From: Marsupella aquatica
Taxonomy: Eukaryota; Plantae; Marchantiophyta
Assembly: GCA_973895155.1 (NCBI GenBank)
Contig: OZ316895.1
Coordinates: forward strand, 22,456,558-22,520,557
Direction: 5' to 3'
Length of the DNA stretch: 64,000 nt
The notes under the pieces were generated by a model. It was given only the letters and a program-made list of their open reading frames with translations. It had not been told where the DNA came from and did no database searches. Shown piece after piece: positions 1 through 14,499 of the stretch. Position 1 is the stretch's first letter. Every line of letters begins with the position of its first letter. The position numbers and the translations under genes were made by a program.

Positions 1-3000
1 GACAAGAACACATCGTAAACCACCGGTGACCAAACAATCAAGTAGACACAATGCAAACCACGTGATCAATGATAAAAATGTACACAATGAAATGATATAA
101 ATCTCCAAGGATCACTACATGGAGAGCCATACATCATGTGCGAGGTCTGGATCATTTGTGACCCACCTAAGTCACTTTATATAAAATCCTAGGGCATCAA
201 AGATGACACGTATGCATTTGCGATAAAATAACCTTATGTTTCCATTCACAACTTAATAAGTCTTCCATCAAAACCATTTAGAAGACACTATACTTTGTTG
301 CACGTGATATACCACTTCCATAGAAGTGACCCCCCATATACATATTGGTGTAGACCTCTATATATAAAAGGCATAATAGAAACAAGGTTATTTAAATCAA
401 AATGTGAACCAGTGAGATGCCAAGATCGGTCTGGATCATCTAATAAATCATTTGACGTCTAACTTTGTGTGGGGAATGATGATGTATGGCTGAAGTGCTC
501 TGCCTCAACAATGATTCAATAAAAAGTAAGTGAACAATGAGCAGACCAAACCTAAATAGTGAGCCAAAGGTGCCCCTAACAAATGGGGTGTGCATGCTTG
601 AAGAACACCCCACGAGAACATTAACCCTAACTTGGGCAAATGAAACCCAAACAGGGAGCAACAAAATGCATGATGAACCCTACAACTTGGCGGTCATGCC
701 AGGGACATGGAGTGAGGCACTGATGGCCATGTACCAAGGCATGACATCGGAGACAAGACCTGCAATTTGGGGGGCATTTAGATTTATTGATGGAAATTAT
801 ATGGACTTGAAGGTGAACTCCAGGCTGGTGTTAGCTTGACAGGCTTCTATCTGATTTTGGAGAAGCTTGCACCCTTACAAACAGCAAGGATTATAAGCTA
901 GTGAATGAACCACCAACTATCATAAGGTGAGAACTAGGATTGCCCATTACTAGTCTACAAGTGTTAACTTCATGTGTTTTCTAGGAAACTATGTAAGATT
1001 GTCCCAAATATTCCAATTTTTTTATGTTGTATATTATTGAAGGATCGTGCATTTCTTGCATTTATTTGGGAATCATTCATGCAAAATCACAATTGAATTT
1101 TAAGGTATTAACAACAAGTTTGGGCTCTTTAGAACTGTTTTGTGGAGGAGCCAGTGCTTTGCAAATACATGATGACAATACTGGAATTTTAAAATCAAAG
1201 ACCTTTGAAGCAATATGCCCCATTCCATTTCCTTTGTAGCTGGTGTGTTGGTGGGCAGTAGACATAACCATTACATACATTGAAGCCCCGCTCCATATTT
1301 AGGTGCATGGAGCTAGTGTGAAGAGGGGGTCTGTAGTGGAGAAGGCATGTTGGAGGCTCAAAGCTATGCTCAATATCTTGGCATTACCTCTGTCCACTCT
1401 AGACTCTCTTTTGATACAACAACATGAGATGGGCATTCTTGCTCCATTTGTATATAGTTTTGTTCTGGTAACAGGCCATTATGGGTCAGCATGCCCCAAG
1501 TATGAGGGTTGTAGTTCAGGTTTTTAGGGTCAATTGTTGCCCATAATGCTCTTGTGTTACACTTCAAGGGCTAAGAGATTTTCAGTATAGTATTGACGGA
1601 CCCCCATGGGAAGTGCCTTCTGACTTCCCTCACACCACGTGTGGCCACATTGGTGCTTTAGGTCACACACAAAAACATCAATGTTTGCAACCAAACAAAC
1701 AGCACCATTAATGTTTGATGCAGTGGTAGCAAAAACAGTTTGGCGTGGGAACCACAAAAAGATTGATAAATTGAAGTTTAAAGTGAAGTTCAAAATAACA
1801 AACATGGGGGGGAGGGAGAAATTAACCAGTTGGATGCTTGTGATTGATACATTAATGTTTCGCATCAAAATGCTAGATACAACATTAAATGTACATTGTA
1901 TTTTTTTTGCAAGTTTTACAAATAGCCAACCAGTACAATTCTATGTCAAAGCAAACCAAACAATTAGGGCAATGGATTTTGAATTCGGTTCATGTTGCAT
2001 AAGAGGGTGAGTCTTCCTTTGACACAATCATAGGTGCTCAGTTTAGTACATAAGTGATTGAGTTTGACCTCATGGAGTTTATGTATCAAGTAGCATCCAA
2101 CAAAGTTCTAGGCATCCCCAAATAATTTTAAGGGGAGGATGTTTGTAAGGTTTTGGGACTTGTATGTTTGTGTCTACATACCTATTCTTTGTTGTTCTGA
2201 AAACTTCATGATCAATTTGTTTCATTGATTTTGTGTCTCATTTATATTTGTGAAGGATTTCATGTAGCATAGGACAAAGAGACGTTTGCAACGGTATGTT
2301 TTACTTATTCAAATTGATCAATTTGTTACATGAGTATAATTACCTCATCAGTTATCAGTCATTTTCATCAATTAACTTAATATCAGTTACCATGTCATCT
2401 AGGCCACCAAGTTGCGGCAGGGAAACATTGGCCATTACGAATTTTATTTGCAATTATTTTTGCCAATATGAGTTGTACGTATTGAAAGGATGCCCCATCT
2501 TGTTGAGGTTAGCTGAGATGGGCCACATCCGTACGATATGGACATAAAATTTCTTAAAGAAAATAAACTGGGGTCTTTTTGTGGCAAAAATTTAGAATTT
2601 TGGGGGCGGATTGTTTCCGTCAATACACCTATCTTGGCAAGGTCAGCCAAGATTGGGCCAATCTCAACTACTCAGCTAAGATTCACAAAAATGAAGGGTG
2701 AAAAGATATGATACTGCTGAAGTAGTAGACCTCCTGTTACATCTTATTCAACCTGCATTCATAATTTTTTTCTTTTTGATAGTTTTGATATGTGAAGGAG
2801 TTTATATAGACTTGCAATTTAGGATAGAAATGAAATACATCGGAGCACAGCTGCAATGCTTTACCAGTTTAGCAGGACCATCTATAGCATGGTTTTCAAT
2901 TCCCCTTCTAATCTCCAGACCAACGCCCAAGCTGTCATTTTGGAAATTCATATGGTGCCTCATTCAAAGATTGAATCCAATATCATTTGTTGTGATTTCT

Positions 3001-6000
3001 CTTCTGGACACTTGCTTCTCTTGGGGCTACTGTGCTATTATATGGGGTTTCCATTTCCTCAGTTCTTTCTGATTTCTGGTTTTGCCTTGATTTATCAAAG
3101 CTGTCAATTTGTTCATTTTGTCTTCACTTAGAATGATAGAGTGAATAGTTAGAGTGGAGAGGAGTGTTAAGTGCTGAGTGATGACTTGAGACTATCGCAT
3201 AGTTGGCCCGTTCTAAGACACACCTATTTTAACTTATTCATAATAAAGTCTAGTCTATATGGAACTAGTTTATGAAATACAAGCTATCATATCCATTCAA
3301 GAATATTGAAACAATAATTATAAAAAAGTAAAGGGGAAAATGCATATCATGCATTAAAAGTGAAGAGATGTATGGTACTCTGGGGTGCACATTGTACAAG
3401 TCATTGTATTTTGTAGGTACAGTATTTTGTGTCTGAAAACCAAGTAAACCAGTTTTGTACCTTTCTAAAATTTGGGGGGCTTATTTAGGTAGGGCTTCTC
3501 TGTTTAGGTGACACCTATTGCCCTATAAACCATAAGCATTGCAATTGTTTTAAACAATAGACATATAAGCTACAAGGCATCTATGAATTGTGTCTAGTTG
3601 CCTGGTTGAATTTGGAGAGTTATACTAATGAATTCTCATGAAAAGGGAGGAGTGCCCTACAGCATAAATAAATAATAAAACTAGAGGAATACTAGAAGGT
3701 CCATAATAAAATGATTAATACAAGTGTAAGCATGTCTAGTTAAACTAAGGATTGAAAAAAGTTAAGGGGATTGGAAGAAATACTAAACTCAGACAAATAC
3801 AAAGTAAAAGCATAGAATAGACTAAATTGACATAAAAATATGTAACAAACAACTTTAATAAGACAAGATAACCAAAGGCCCTGCCATATAGCAGCAACAA
3901 AATAATCATACGGCACTAGCACTTTGCAACTACATCAGTCTTGGTTTGCTCTTGGATTGAGTTGAGCCCGGGTCTGCGACCTACAGCTTCAGGAGCTATT
4001 GATGTCTTGGTTTGCTCCTGGGTTCAAGCCTGGATCTGCAACCTACCATAGAAGGGCTCCTATATATATAAATATATTATGAAATTATGTTCAAATCACA
4101 GAGCAAATCAAAGGGACCCCTATCCACAAAAACAGTGAAGTTCAGTTCAATAATCTATTTCTGTCTAACAAAGATTTTCATTCTGAACACAGTGCAAAGT
4201 CATTCTACTACAAAAAAAATGTTGTTATTCCATGAGATTTCCAAGTGCAGTTGTGGCATGCAGATGACAATTGTTGTGGAGCAACAAAATTTTGGGTGTT
4301 AAAATGACATAGTGAAGGGCACAAAACTTGATTTGCAAGAGAATGGATCATCCTCCGTCTGATGGGAGCCACTAATTATTCTCACAGGAGAGATCATGAG
4401 TTGAAGGTCAACTGAAAAGATTTCTTGACACTCCAAAGATTTCAAATAATGGAGAACTATTGAGAATATTGATAGGTCCTACACCAATCTTGCTTGGCAC
4501 TCTGAGGTATGATGGGGAGTGTCTATTAGTCGCAGAACTTGACTACCTTAACACTTAGCTCTGGCGTCGTTGAGCTCACCTATGGTCCAAGCCTAGAACG
4601 ACCATCCGGGGAGGACTTAACATGGGGGGACTTGTGGGCAATGGGGTGTGGCACTGACAAAGGCAAGGCGCTAAGCTGGTGACACACACTAAGGACTTAG
4701 ACTAGCTGAGGGCTGGTCGGGTTCTGGGAAAGGGCTGGACTCAAGGTCAACCGTCCAGACCCCAAGACAAACTTTGAGTTCTAAGGGCTTGAGTGAGAGC
4801 TCCTTTTGGGCCAAAGGCTAATGGAGTTTACTTCATACGCAAACGGACGTTTGGGGCACGAGTCACAACCCAACCTAGGTTTGGCCGCTTGGGGCCCGGG
4901 TTCTGAGGGCCTAGGCATAAACACTAGGTCAGCCCGATCACAACGGGTTAAGGCACTCCATTTACGTACGCCTAACTAGAAAGTTATGGGCATAGTCAGT
5001 TGGTGGCGCGCCCAAACATATGAGTTGGGGTCCAGGTGGGGAGCCAAAATTTGGGGACCAAAGTAGGTCCGGAGGTGGCAGGTCTCCAGAAGCATATATG
5101 AAGGGAGTGGTGTCTCCTTGGGGGCTAAAGGCGAGCCGGAGTCGTGAGCCGCGGCGGTCACGACACTAAGAGAAAACCCCAAACGGAAACGACGATAACT
5201 TCCCAACGGGAAGTCCGTTGAAGGACTTCTTGGGTGCGTTGAAAATCTCTCAAGGAGGACTACATCCTCCTGAGCTCAACTGGGTCTAGAGGTGCCATGA
5301 GTTCTTGGGTTTACAGGGGCTATCTCGCTCGCTTGCCAAATCCTACCAAAACAATAGCCAAGCCGCGTTCAATCTCCCAATGGAGCTTGCATTGGGGAGG
5401 CAAGGCCAAGTAAGCATGGAGGTTGAGTTCTAAGGGCAATTGGACCCTAGGCCATCAGTGGGGTGAGAACTGCAACAATGAAGCTTTGACACATCCTACT
5501 GACAATGCTGGATTTTCCCCCTGGGCCCTCACTCCTTGTATATTATACAGTCATACCTGTGAGCCTCCCCTACACACGTACCCCTTCTTATTAATTTTTC
5601 TCCTATAGAGATTATCCTTGTTTTTTTATAAAAAAAACAAACATTTACTCTTATTAAAATATCTTCAGTGTATTACAAAAGTGAGTTTTGAGCAATAATA
5701 ATTATTCTTCATATATTACAATTTGTATTGAGCGATAATGCTTAACGCTGCCGGGTATGCTGCAATCTTTATATATGTAATCGAGTATGTAACTGGAGAG
5801 TTTTTTTGAAGACCAAGTTACCACTGGTCATGTATGTATATAACAGCTCTATAAAAGAGATGAAAATGGTAAGTCTTTATAAATCTAAAGACTGATATTG
5901 AATCAACTATTGAATCAGCTAACCCCGCAGCTAACCTAAGACAATACAAACCTAAGACTCCTGCCCACTGTCATGCCTTCCAATGCTGGTCTGCTTCATA

Positions 6001-6617
6001 AGTGAATAGTCACTTATGTGTACAGGCCATTCTGCTTGCCAAAAAATATGATTGTAAAAATGGGAAGGGACAATTGCAGGCAAATCATATGATTTTCGAA
6101 CAGAGATCACACTCCATAGCCCCTCCACACTTGCCTCTACTTCAGGAATCACAACATCTATGATTCCTAAACCACAACCTCCAAAACTCTCTTTAGCTAT
6201 CTCCTTGTTGCTCCACTCTTCTTTGCTGTAATCAGGGCTGCCTTTTCCCCTGTGCCTTCCTTGACTTTGGAACTCTGGAATAAACCACAACAACTGCTGC
6301 AGTTGTCAGACCTCCAGTACCGGGTCTGCTTCTCCTCCTGCTCAGTCTAGAGCGTTTCTTCATCACTGTTGTCCCCACCTTAGTCATCTCGAAGTCTCCA
6401 ATACACCTGATCCACAAATGGACCAACACCATGAATGAGTATTATATTGAATACAACCAGATCTACAAGGTTTACAGATAACATATCAGAATACGCTTAG
6501 GATGTTTTCAAATCTTAACTTGCTACCTTCGCTCCTCTGGAGAATGTGTTACCCCGGTGTGTAACTGATGAATGATAAACATCAGGCATGGAGTGTACCT
6601 ACCCCAAATACAGGTCA

Positions 6618-9600
6618 TCATTCTATGTTGTTCTTTACAAAATTGTCGAGGGCAGTCACATCATCTGGAGGCAACTTAAAAATAGTTGGATAGAGAGGAT
6701 CCACTGTAAAACTCACAGTTGATATGACACAGTCCAGGTTGTCTCTGGATCACACATATTATAAGCAAATTTGTTCCTACTAGACCCAACCGGTGTAAAC
6801 CAATTGAACACTACTTGACATGCAGCTTCGGAACCAGGTCTATCAAGTAGATCCAAAGGTTCTCTAGATCTGCAAACACTATTACCATACTTTCGGTGGA
6901 TGCTTTGCACCCTGCCAATCCACCAAACATACTTTGGCCCAGATGCAGAACACACTGCTACTGGATCTCCTCTTGGCTTCTTTGGATTGGTCACATTTTT
7001 TTTTGATTTCCTTCCACCTGCTTTCCCTTTGGATGCTTTTGCTACGGCCTCTGAGTTTCGAGTTGCCCTGACCTCATGTTGTGTTTCATCAAGGAAGAAA
7101 ACACCACAGTCAGTGCCCACTGTCATGAACATAGTTGGTACACCCTCTCTACAGTTGGGTTTGTCCACTAAATTATTGAAGTACACACTCTGTTTCACAC
7201 GAGTCAATCGGTCCTTACTCAAGTGGGGGTTTCCAATCAGCTGGCTAACCAATGTACTTTTGTAGATCTGTCGCTCTTGAAAACACACAATTGGCTTCAC
7301 TTGCTTAATTGGTGCACCATACAACAAGTCTGAATGCATGATATTCATTGTTGCAGACAATTCGGAGGCAGCTTCCTCTACATGAGCGTCTACGTAACGG
7401 ACAGACATCCCAGGGAAGGAACTCTCAATCTCAGTCTCAGCGCCAGCTACAATCCCCAGGGTGGTAACAATAGGTGAAGCTTCCAAAATCATTGTATCAA
7501 TCTCAGTGACAGTTTGAGGTTGGGCTTCACCATTCAAAGCAGGTCGTACATCTCGAATGTCCAAAGTATCTCGTACATCTACAAGTGTATCCACATTGAT
7601 GTCACACCATCCACCAGACTTCACCCCTTTTGACTCAACTTTCCACGGTGAGTTCCACCATAGCTTATCCTTGCAAGATGTTGAAGGATTCATTTCCAGC
7701 TCAGTTGCAACACATTGTGCCAAACTTAATCCCTCCTGCAATGCAACCACGATTGCTGCATTTGTCTCTATCCCTGTATAATCTGTCTGATCTGGACAGA
7801 CATGAACTGCCTCTGAATCTAATTGAAGATCCATCCAAATGTTTGAATGCTTTTTGTGGCTCTTTCCAGCACCCATCAATCCCTCTGATACATCCATTGC
7901 AGCCAATCTGTTAAGATTAGTGGCACACTCCACTAATTCTGACAAGTCATAGCTTCGCTCACGACCGTTCATGCCCCCTACTTTTGAGAAGAATTGCTCA
8001 CACGCATCTGAGCCAGTCAACTCTAGAGGCACTGGAAGATGCTTGAAGTGGTCTCGGAATTGGATTATCAACAGAACTATAAAATGGACTGACATTTGAA
8101 CATCAAGAAAGGTTTGCATAGGGATACAGTTCCGCATGAAAGTAATTGGTTGTGTATTCCCCCCTACAGTATGGTTCCCATGGAAGCACCATAGGCGCCA
8201 CAGTCTGAAGAAGAAACCCACCTTCCCACAAAGTACAACCCTCTCCCGTAGAGTGAGCCGAGGGTTCATGAATATATCCAGATAATCTCCACATATACGA
8301 ACAAACACCTCAGTTCCAAGTGCGAGCTCCACCCTTGCATCCTTCTGCAGACGCAACATCCTCAGCGTAGAACCCGCCTTACGACTACAAATCCTTTGTG
8401 CACTAGCCCAATTTTGCCTATCATTTTGTGGTACATCATCATGGTTCAGCCCATGAAGGTCATGGTCATATAAACCTAACAGGAGTCTCAGATGACTCAG
8501 GTTGGCCACTTGAGTCCCCAGTTTCAATATCCGAGCTGAAGAATCCAATGGGTTCACTAACTTCTTCCCATTGTGGATATAGTCTTGGTCATGTAGCCCA
8601 ACAGCGTGGGTCAATGGCCCATCACCTGTCATAGAGTGGCTCAATTTCCAGCCTTCCCACCCAAGGCTAAATCTTGGCCCTGCCTTCTGACAGCCAGTAT
8701 AGTCCTCCAACATTAACTTCCTCCTGCGTGCATCACCGTCACTTGCATGGCCGAGTAAAGGCCCCACACTCTCCAGACAATGAGTGTTCCACAATGACTC
8801 CAGGATATCCCACTGCTCTCTAACCCAAGGAGCTTTAAATCTATTACATGTACCTGTAGCTAGTATAAGCAACCGTGGGAATCCCTCTGCAAGGGGATTG
8901 ACTACTATACAACGAGCCATCTGCCCTACCACATTGTTGTCAAAAGCATCAACGATGATGTGGAAGCCAAGTTCTCCTTCGCCCACTTCTATCTCCCACC
9001 CAACAAGGCATACATGCTCTGTTTGGGTGCCGCAAAACCCAATCATGGTGTCATGTTTTGGCAGCCACCTACAAGAAACCAAAACTGAGTTCATCACCCT
9101 ATTCATTAAAAGTGTATTTTATTTTGTTCACTTTTAGGCCTCTAAATGTTCACTTTTTGGTCTCTAAATGTACACTTTTTAAACCCAAAAGGTACACTAT
9201 AGTCCAATACTCTACACCTAAATGGTGAATTATAAACTTGAGGACACAAAAATGATCTTTACTGGAAGGAGTCTCATCCTAGTTCATGTACAAAGGATGA
9301 ACATGGTGGTATATTTGATGGTCATCACCTTTATTTCTTGCCCAATTGTACACTTTTTGAAAGCCAAATGTACACTTTCTATCACCCAAATGTTCAGATT
9401 TTGAATAATAATTCACTTTTAATGAATAGATTGATGTTCTTGGTTTCCAGATGGAGCCTACATAATAGTTGAAACAGAGATAAAGGTGAAACTAAGATCC
9501 AACACCATGACATGACTAACATCATGCGTGAGGGCCTGAAGTACAACATCATGCATGAGGGCCTGAAGAAAGTACCTTACTGTTTTTTTGACAGTGGTCT

Positions 9601-11703
9601 CATCTTCTGCCAAATAACAGGGAACTGGCCCTTTGATGTTGAGTCTCTCTTTCAGTTTGGAGTACACTTGAGAGACAAACATAAATTGTTCAGCATGGAT
9701 TCTTGCTCGGAATACTGCCATCCCTCTTCTGTCCCGTTGAAGGGTGTTTATGCTTGGCCCTATCCCATTACTTGCAAGGCAGTCAACAACACGTCGACCA
9801 CCATGCAAGAAGAGTGTTTGGCAGAGAAGCTTTGTTCCAGCCTTGAACCTATATCCCTCCTTTGTCGTATTCAAGTTTGAAGCTATATCAGATAACATAT
9901 CCCACAATGCACCTCTCCCACCAAATGCACCCTTCCTGTGCGCAAGGACTATGGACTGACAAAACTTAAGGATAGATTCCTTATTGGGGCCTTGATAGTC
10001 AAGACAAACTTCCTTTATACTAGGGATCCGAGACTTCAGCATCAACAGTTTGTGACTTAGATATTTCTGCAACTTCCTCTCTCTCAAAATTCGGTTTCTG
10101 TATACTTTAGCTTGGTTTTGGACCTCAGGAATTGTGAGGCAACCTAGCCGCCTGCCCTTGCCAGTCCCTCTCTCTCCTCTTTTCTCATAGGCCTTGACCT
10201 CTCTTGCTACCCGAAGTCTGAAGTCCTTCATGTTCTTAATGGAATAACACTTGGAACACGTCAAATCATCAAACCCGCCCCCCAACTGTGACATTCGACT
10301 ACATTCTTTATGCCTGAAAAGGCCCTTGATCTCACAAGCTTCTTCACTATACATACAGAACACCTCTGCCATTACTAGGGGCTCTGCATACCATGCACCA
10401 CCCACTTTCACCTGGTCGTGTAGGTGACTTTTGATAGGCCTAAGTTCTGACCCTACTTCTATCTCATCCCGCCATAGACCCCAACACAACAATGACAAAT
10501 TATCGAAAGTACCTCTATCATCATCTCATGCTGACATCCTTGACGAGCTGCTTGATGCACCTGCAGTCGAGGTGCGAGTCAAGAACCCCTGAATTTTTCT
10601 CTGTTTCTTATCCCTCCCGTCTACAGTACGGGGTCTGCCAGGGCGCCCTGACAAAACTGGCTCGTTTCTTGTAGGCCTCTGACTTTTGGCCACATAATCA
10701 AGATGGATCAAGCCAGTACAATGGCTTGTCAGATTAGCCTCCAAGTTTCATTGTTTGGGTACCAAAGTCAAATGGTGAAGACAAAAATTGTAGAACAGTT
10801 TCAAAGTCTGGAACTCCACTGGTTCCTTATGGACATCCCCCTCGACTATAAACGTCTCGCGACCAACTGTCTGCAACTCGTTGACCTTTGCTACAATCTT
10901 CAAATGCTCGTCAAGCATGGCTCTATCAGTCAAAGTATTTGACTGTGCCCTCCTTGCAATCTCCACATGCCCAACTTCTCACCCCTGTTCCTAGCCACCC
11001 GAGCTGCATGCTTTGATGATCGCAAATGCGAATTTTTGAAGTTGGTAAATGCATTATTGATGGATGATTTATCCATCAATGTACCTTTTTGCTAGCCCTT
11101 CCACCCGCTTGTCACACTCACAACACTCGATATGCCCCCAGGGCATGTTGTCTTTGTCCCAAGTTCTCACTTTCCACTTGTGGTCAGCACATTTAATGGA
11201 TTCCATGTGAGTCTTCAACTTATCCGCAGATGCTTCCCATACTGCCTTTAAAGTATTGCTCATAAGAGTGGACATGAATGTGACTTGTTGTTCAGGCTCT
11301 GGCAAGGGGCAACCAGAGTGTGGATCAGCTTCCACTGGAGGCTCCTCATTCATGGGAAAATTGGCATCATCACTCTCTGGCAATGAAAGGCCATTGGAAG
11401 CATTGCTACTTCTTGCCCTGCGCCTCCAGGGTCTATGTGCACCAATGGGGTTGGAGGCTCCAAGGCATTTTTGGGAATGATAACAATCTTTCCCCCACAA
11501 TCCTCCAAAAGATTGCAGATCTCCCATTTCTCCGGCATCCGAGTGGCGAGATTGACATCAATAAAGTGGAAGTCAAAATCGAGTAGTGCCTCCAACTTCA
11601 GTCGGGCATCAGCATACGATTCCCCTGCTTTGTAACTATATGATGATATAGGTTTCCTTTCCCCACCTTCTTTGTCTACTTGAAACAAAGTGGCAGGCGG
11701 CAT
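6618..11703 (-). pseudogene. Large DDE transposase (P-element/THAP9-like core, N-terminal zinc fingers), disrupted by frameshifts and a stop
   Basis: Consecutive minus-strand ORF pieces from ATG 11703. GT-AG intron 9575-9069 joins 'AEDETTVKKTVR' to 'WLPKHDTMIGFCG'. Motifs GPSINTLQR, LAEDETTVK, ASDGDARRR, QDYIHNGKK, DRQNWASAQRICS and GSDACEQFFSKVG parallel P-transposase LPSxxTL, DE, SD, HxxK, DxQxVxxA and QDxxExFF. Two CxxC...HxxxxxH fingers near the N-terminus (the second degenerate). Frameshifts near ~11400, ~11075, ~10970, ~10750 and ~6745; in-frame TGA at 10526. Reconstructed C-terminus ...LDNFVKNNIE* ends at 6618. Confidence 0.8.
9092..9436. mobile_element. MITE nested in the transposase intron
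   Basis: Imperfect TIRs CATCACCCTATTCATTAAAAGTG (9092-) vs reverse-complement CATCAATCTATTCATTAAAAGTG (-9436). Internal repeats of TG(T/A)CACTTTT. TT on both flanks (possible 2-bp TSD). Confidence 0.7.
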
Positions 11704-11979
11704 TCTCTCACCCTTTACTGACAACCTATCCACCTCTCATGGGCCTGCGCACAGTCCACATGACAAAGGGAGCATCAACATAGGGATTGCTCAAAATAGG
11801 ATAGGTTCATTTCATTCTAACCACATATTCACCCAAAATGCAACTTTCTTGGGTGGCATGGCGCAACACCACACAATGTGGACATCATGTGCACCAATTC
11901 TTCTACTAGAGACAGGTTACAAAGATGTTAGGCAGATTGATGATTGTTGGCCAATGCGGGAAACAAGCAACCTGGCCTA

Positions 11980-12363
11980 TTAGAATGGGCCAACATCCAA
12001 AGGAAGTCTATGGAGGGCCTGCGTGCGACAGGTATTAATCTGATAGTTTAAACAAACCGCCCCAATTCTCATTTCAACTCGATCAGTGGCAAGTGGATCC
12101 CTGAGCTCATTGATAACATCTTGGATGTCATCAAGAAGGAAGTGGTACTCATTCAAGCCACACGGAAATATGAATATGGCTTTCGCCCGAGCAACAATGA
12201 GACTGTAGAATGTGATCCAGCCTTTTGACCTCTGCCGAAAGGCCTCCAAAGCCATGCCAATTGCATTCTGCTGACTACGTATAAGACAGGCTGGATCTTT
12301 ACCGTTGCTTGTTGAAGGCAATGGAATTGTGTGAGAGAGATAGAAAGGAGGACAGAAATTCAT
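11980..12363 (-). CDS. Unknown 127-aa ORF inside the transposon
   Basis: ATG-initiated uninterrupted ORF with ordinary protein-like composition, same orientation as the transposase. No recognisable motif. Confidence 0.4.
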   Translation of the reverse strand: MNFCPPFYLSHTIPLPSTSNGKDPACLIRSQQNAIGMALEAFRQRSKGWITFYSLIVARAKAIFIFPCGLNEYHFLLDDIQDVINELRDPLATDRVEMRIGAVCLNYQINTCRTQALHRLPLDVGPF

Positions 12364-12752
12364 GATATCAAAGCAAAGTAGGCTACCAAGATTGGTTATA
12401 AGGCAATATTAAGCAACCCACACGTGGAGACCGCATCCACTGGACCAATCCCACGAGAGCCTTGCCCCATCCTGACCATTTCTCGTTAGGATTGGCTGGT
12501 TACAGATCCATTGCTGCTTTCTCCGACATGTGTCGGGTGGGAAGGGCGTACCCTTTGCATGCAAGGACTCCAGATTCAGCGTAAGCACAAGAGGGACAGG
12601 GATCTGCACATGGCCATTTCAGCTTGCCCAAGTTTAGCTTGTCCCAATTCAGCTTGTCCCATATGTGCTTGGTCCATATACAGTCGGGGCCAGGCCCACA
12701 CTCCAATCCTTCTCCTCCACAGTTGTGAGGGCCACAACAGACTATACATGAC

Positions 12753-14499
12753 TTAAGGGGCTGACAACAATGACAAGTGACAACCATGGACACAATAATG
12801 ACAGGCTCTAATCACACACTCCCCCAGGCAACCTGCTTCAAAATTACAAGGAGCACTGGACTGCCAGCGGCTAAATCCAGCAGTCGCCAATGGGGGCATG
12901 ACTTCCCCATGGTCTCCTTGAACTCGATGGGCCCTGCAAATTAAACGAGTCCTACATGTACAAAAAATGACAAAACTGAAATGACATCTTACCTGAGCAA
13001 GATACAAAGCCCCGTGCATTAGCAGCTTAAAACATATGAACTATATAAGAAGCGGTAAATAATGGAGCACAATTGAAAGAACCACAAAGTCCAGAATATG
13101 TACATACCTTGGACTAGAGTTTTTGGACCTCTGATAGAATGGTCCGCCAAGTAATGCAGCTTGAGGGGGCCGGGCCGGTAGCAGCTGCGTTGGGCACAAG
13201 CTGGTATGTTGCATGATAATGTTCAAACGTTAGCTCAGACGTTTCAAAAAACCAATGATGCAGGGGTCACAACACACAGCAACATTTGTTTTGAACACGA
13301 TGGCAAAAAGGAAATGACTACCTTCCTAGTTGGGGGATAGCAGTTGCCTTGTACCACACCTCCGTCAATACCCCTCCTTCAATACCAAACTCTCGTCCAC
13401 TGGACTCACCGCTACCACAAGATCCATTTCCAAAAAGAGCGTTAGTTGACAATCTTTGAAAGGCCACCAGCATATGTATGTGTTCGTGCCATGCCTTTGG
13501 GTCATATGGCAGAATAGTCATCATCGAATCCCTTAAAAGAAACTCAGACTGCCAGGGCCGAGGCTGACATACAAATACATAATATACTGATGATAGGTGA
13601 TACAAAAATTAGTGTTGGCATCCGCTCATACACTCTTACAAAATGACCATTCAAGAGGTCATGTGAACTGCTAACTTGGCTATCATCCCTGCACAAACTA
13701 ATCTCCTGCGTAGACTAACAATCTACGCAATTTAACCTCCCTATGCATGTACCTACTCGCCATCTTGAAGCTCTACAAGGCCTAACACAAAAGGGTCCGT
13801 GTTCCAGAGTTGACACACTTTCCAGGCCCTCTTTTTTGCAAAAACCTCATTGTACTTAACGTCCGCATCTGGATCTACATCACATGCTGGACATCGAGCA
13901 TCCAAAGCATGTACACACCCTGCACCAACAGTGATCTGAACACCATTCATCGTCTGAGTGAACATAATGGACTGTGGATCGACATACTTTTCCCACATGG
14001 TCTGGCGGGTCATACGGGATGGACGATTAGAACCAAACATAATGCCAATAGGCCAAGTCCCTCTCAACATGCCTAATGCCTTTAGCTTACGCCGCAACCT
14101 CACTGCTTTCTCATAGAGAAGGCCTACAGATTGGCTTCGGGTGGTTACCATGGTGTCTTTTGCACCGTTACCTCCGTAGAAGGCAAAGACAGAGGGTCTG
14201 AAAATCAAGCCTACCAAAGCTGGCCCACACGACAAATCCTCCTGCAACAACATCGTCCGGTGTGTCACTCACTGTACTATAAAAAGGGACAAACTGAGCA
14301 TCACAAATTGCAAACAGAGCGAATGTTTCAGGGATTTGGTTAACTTACTTGGCCTCTAGAAATCGACAAAACTTCCCGCTCCCACAACTTCGTGTGGAGC
14401 TTTGGATTTGTTACATCAAAGCTCCTTGAGATCCACCTCTCCCCAACCTTGATGATTCACCTAAAGTTTGCTGCAGAATTTTGGGCAATGGTAGCCATC
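12753..14499 (-). pseudogene. Multi-exon accessory gene of unknown function inside the transposon, partly decayed
   Basis: Minus-strand exon-like blocks (~14499-14350, 14268-13753, ~13564-13321, ~13201-13108, ~12952-12753) bounded by GT/AG sites. The last three join in phase 2. Contains CVHALDARCPAC and CHYCVHGCH; in-frame TGA/TAG stops in the 5' exons. Confidence 0.45.

Noticed and set aside
1-5500. Possible TE relics and short ORFs (537-839, 1557-1868, 4976-5206; ~45-bp duplication near 3940-4045)
   Set aside because: No recognisable domain, TIR/LTR pair or TSD could be established by eye.
5952-6432. Short minus-strand ORFs downstream of the transposase
   Set aside because: No motifs and inconsistent frames; more likely the element's 3' UTR.
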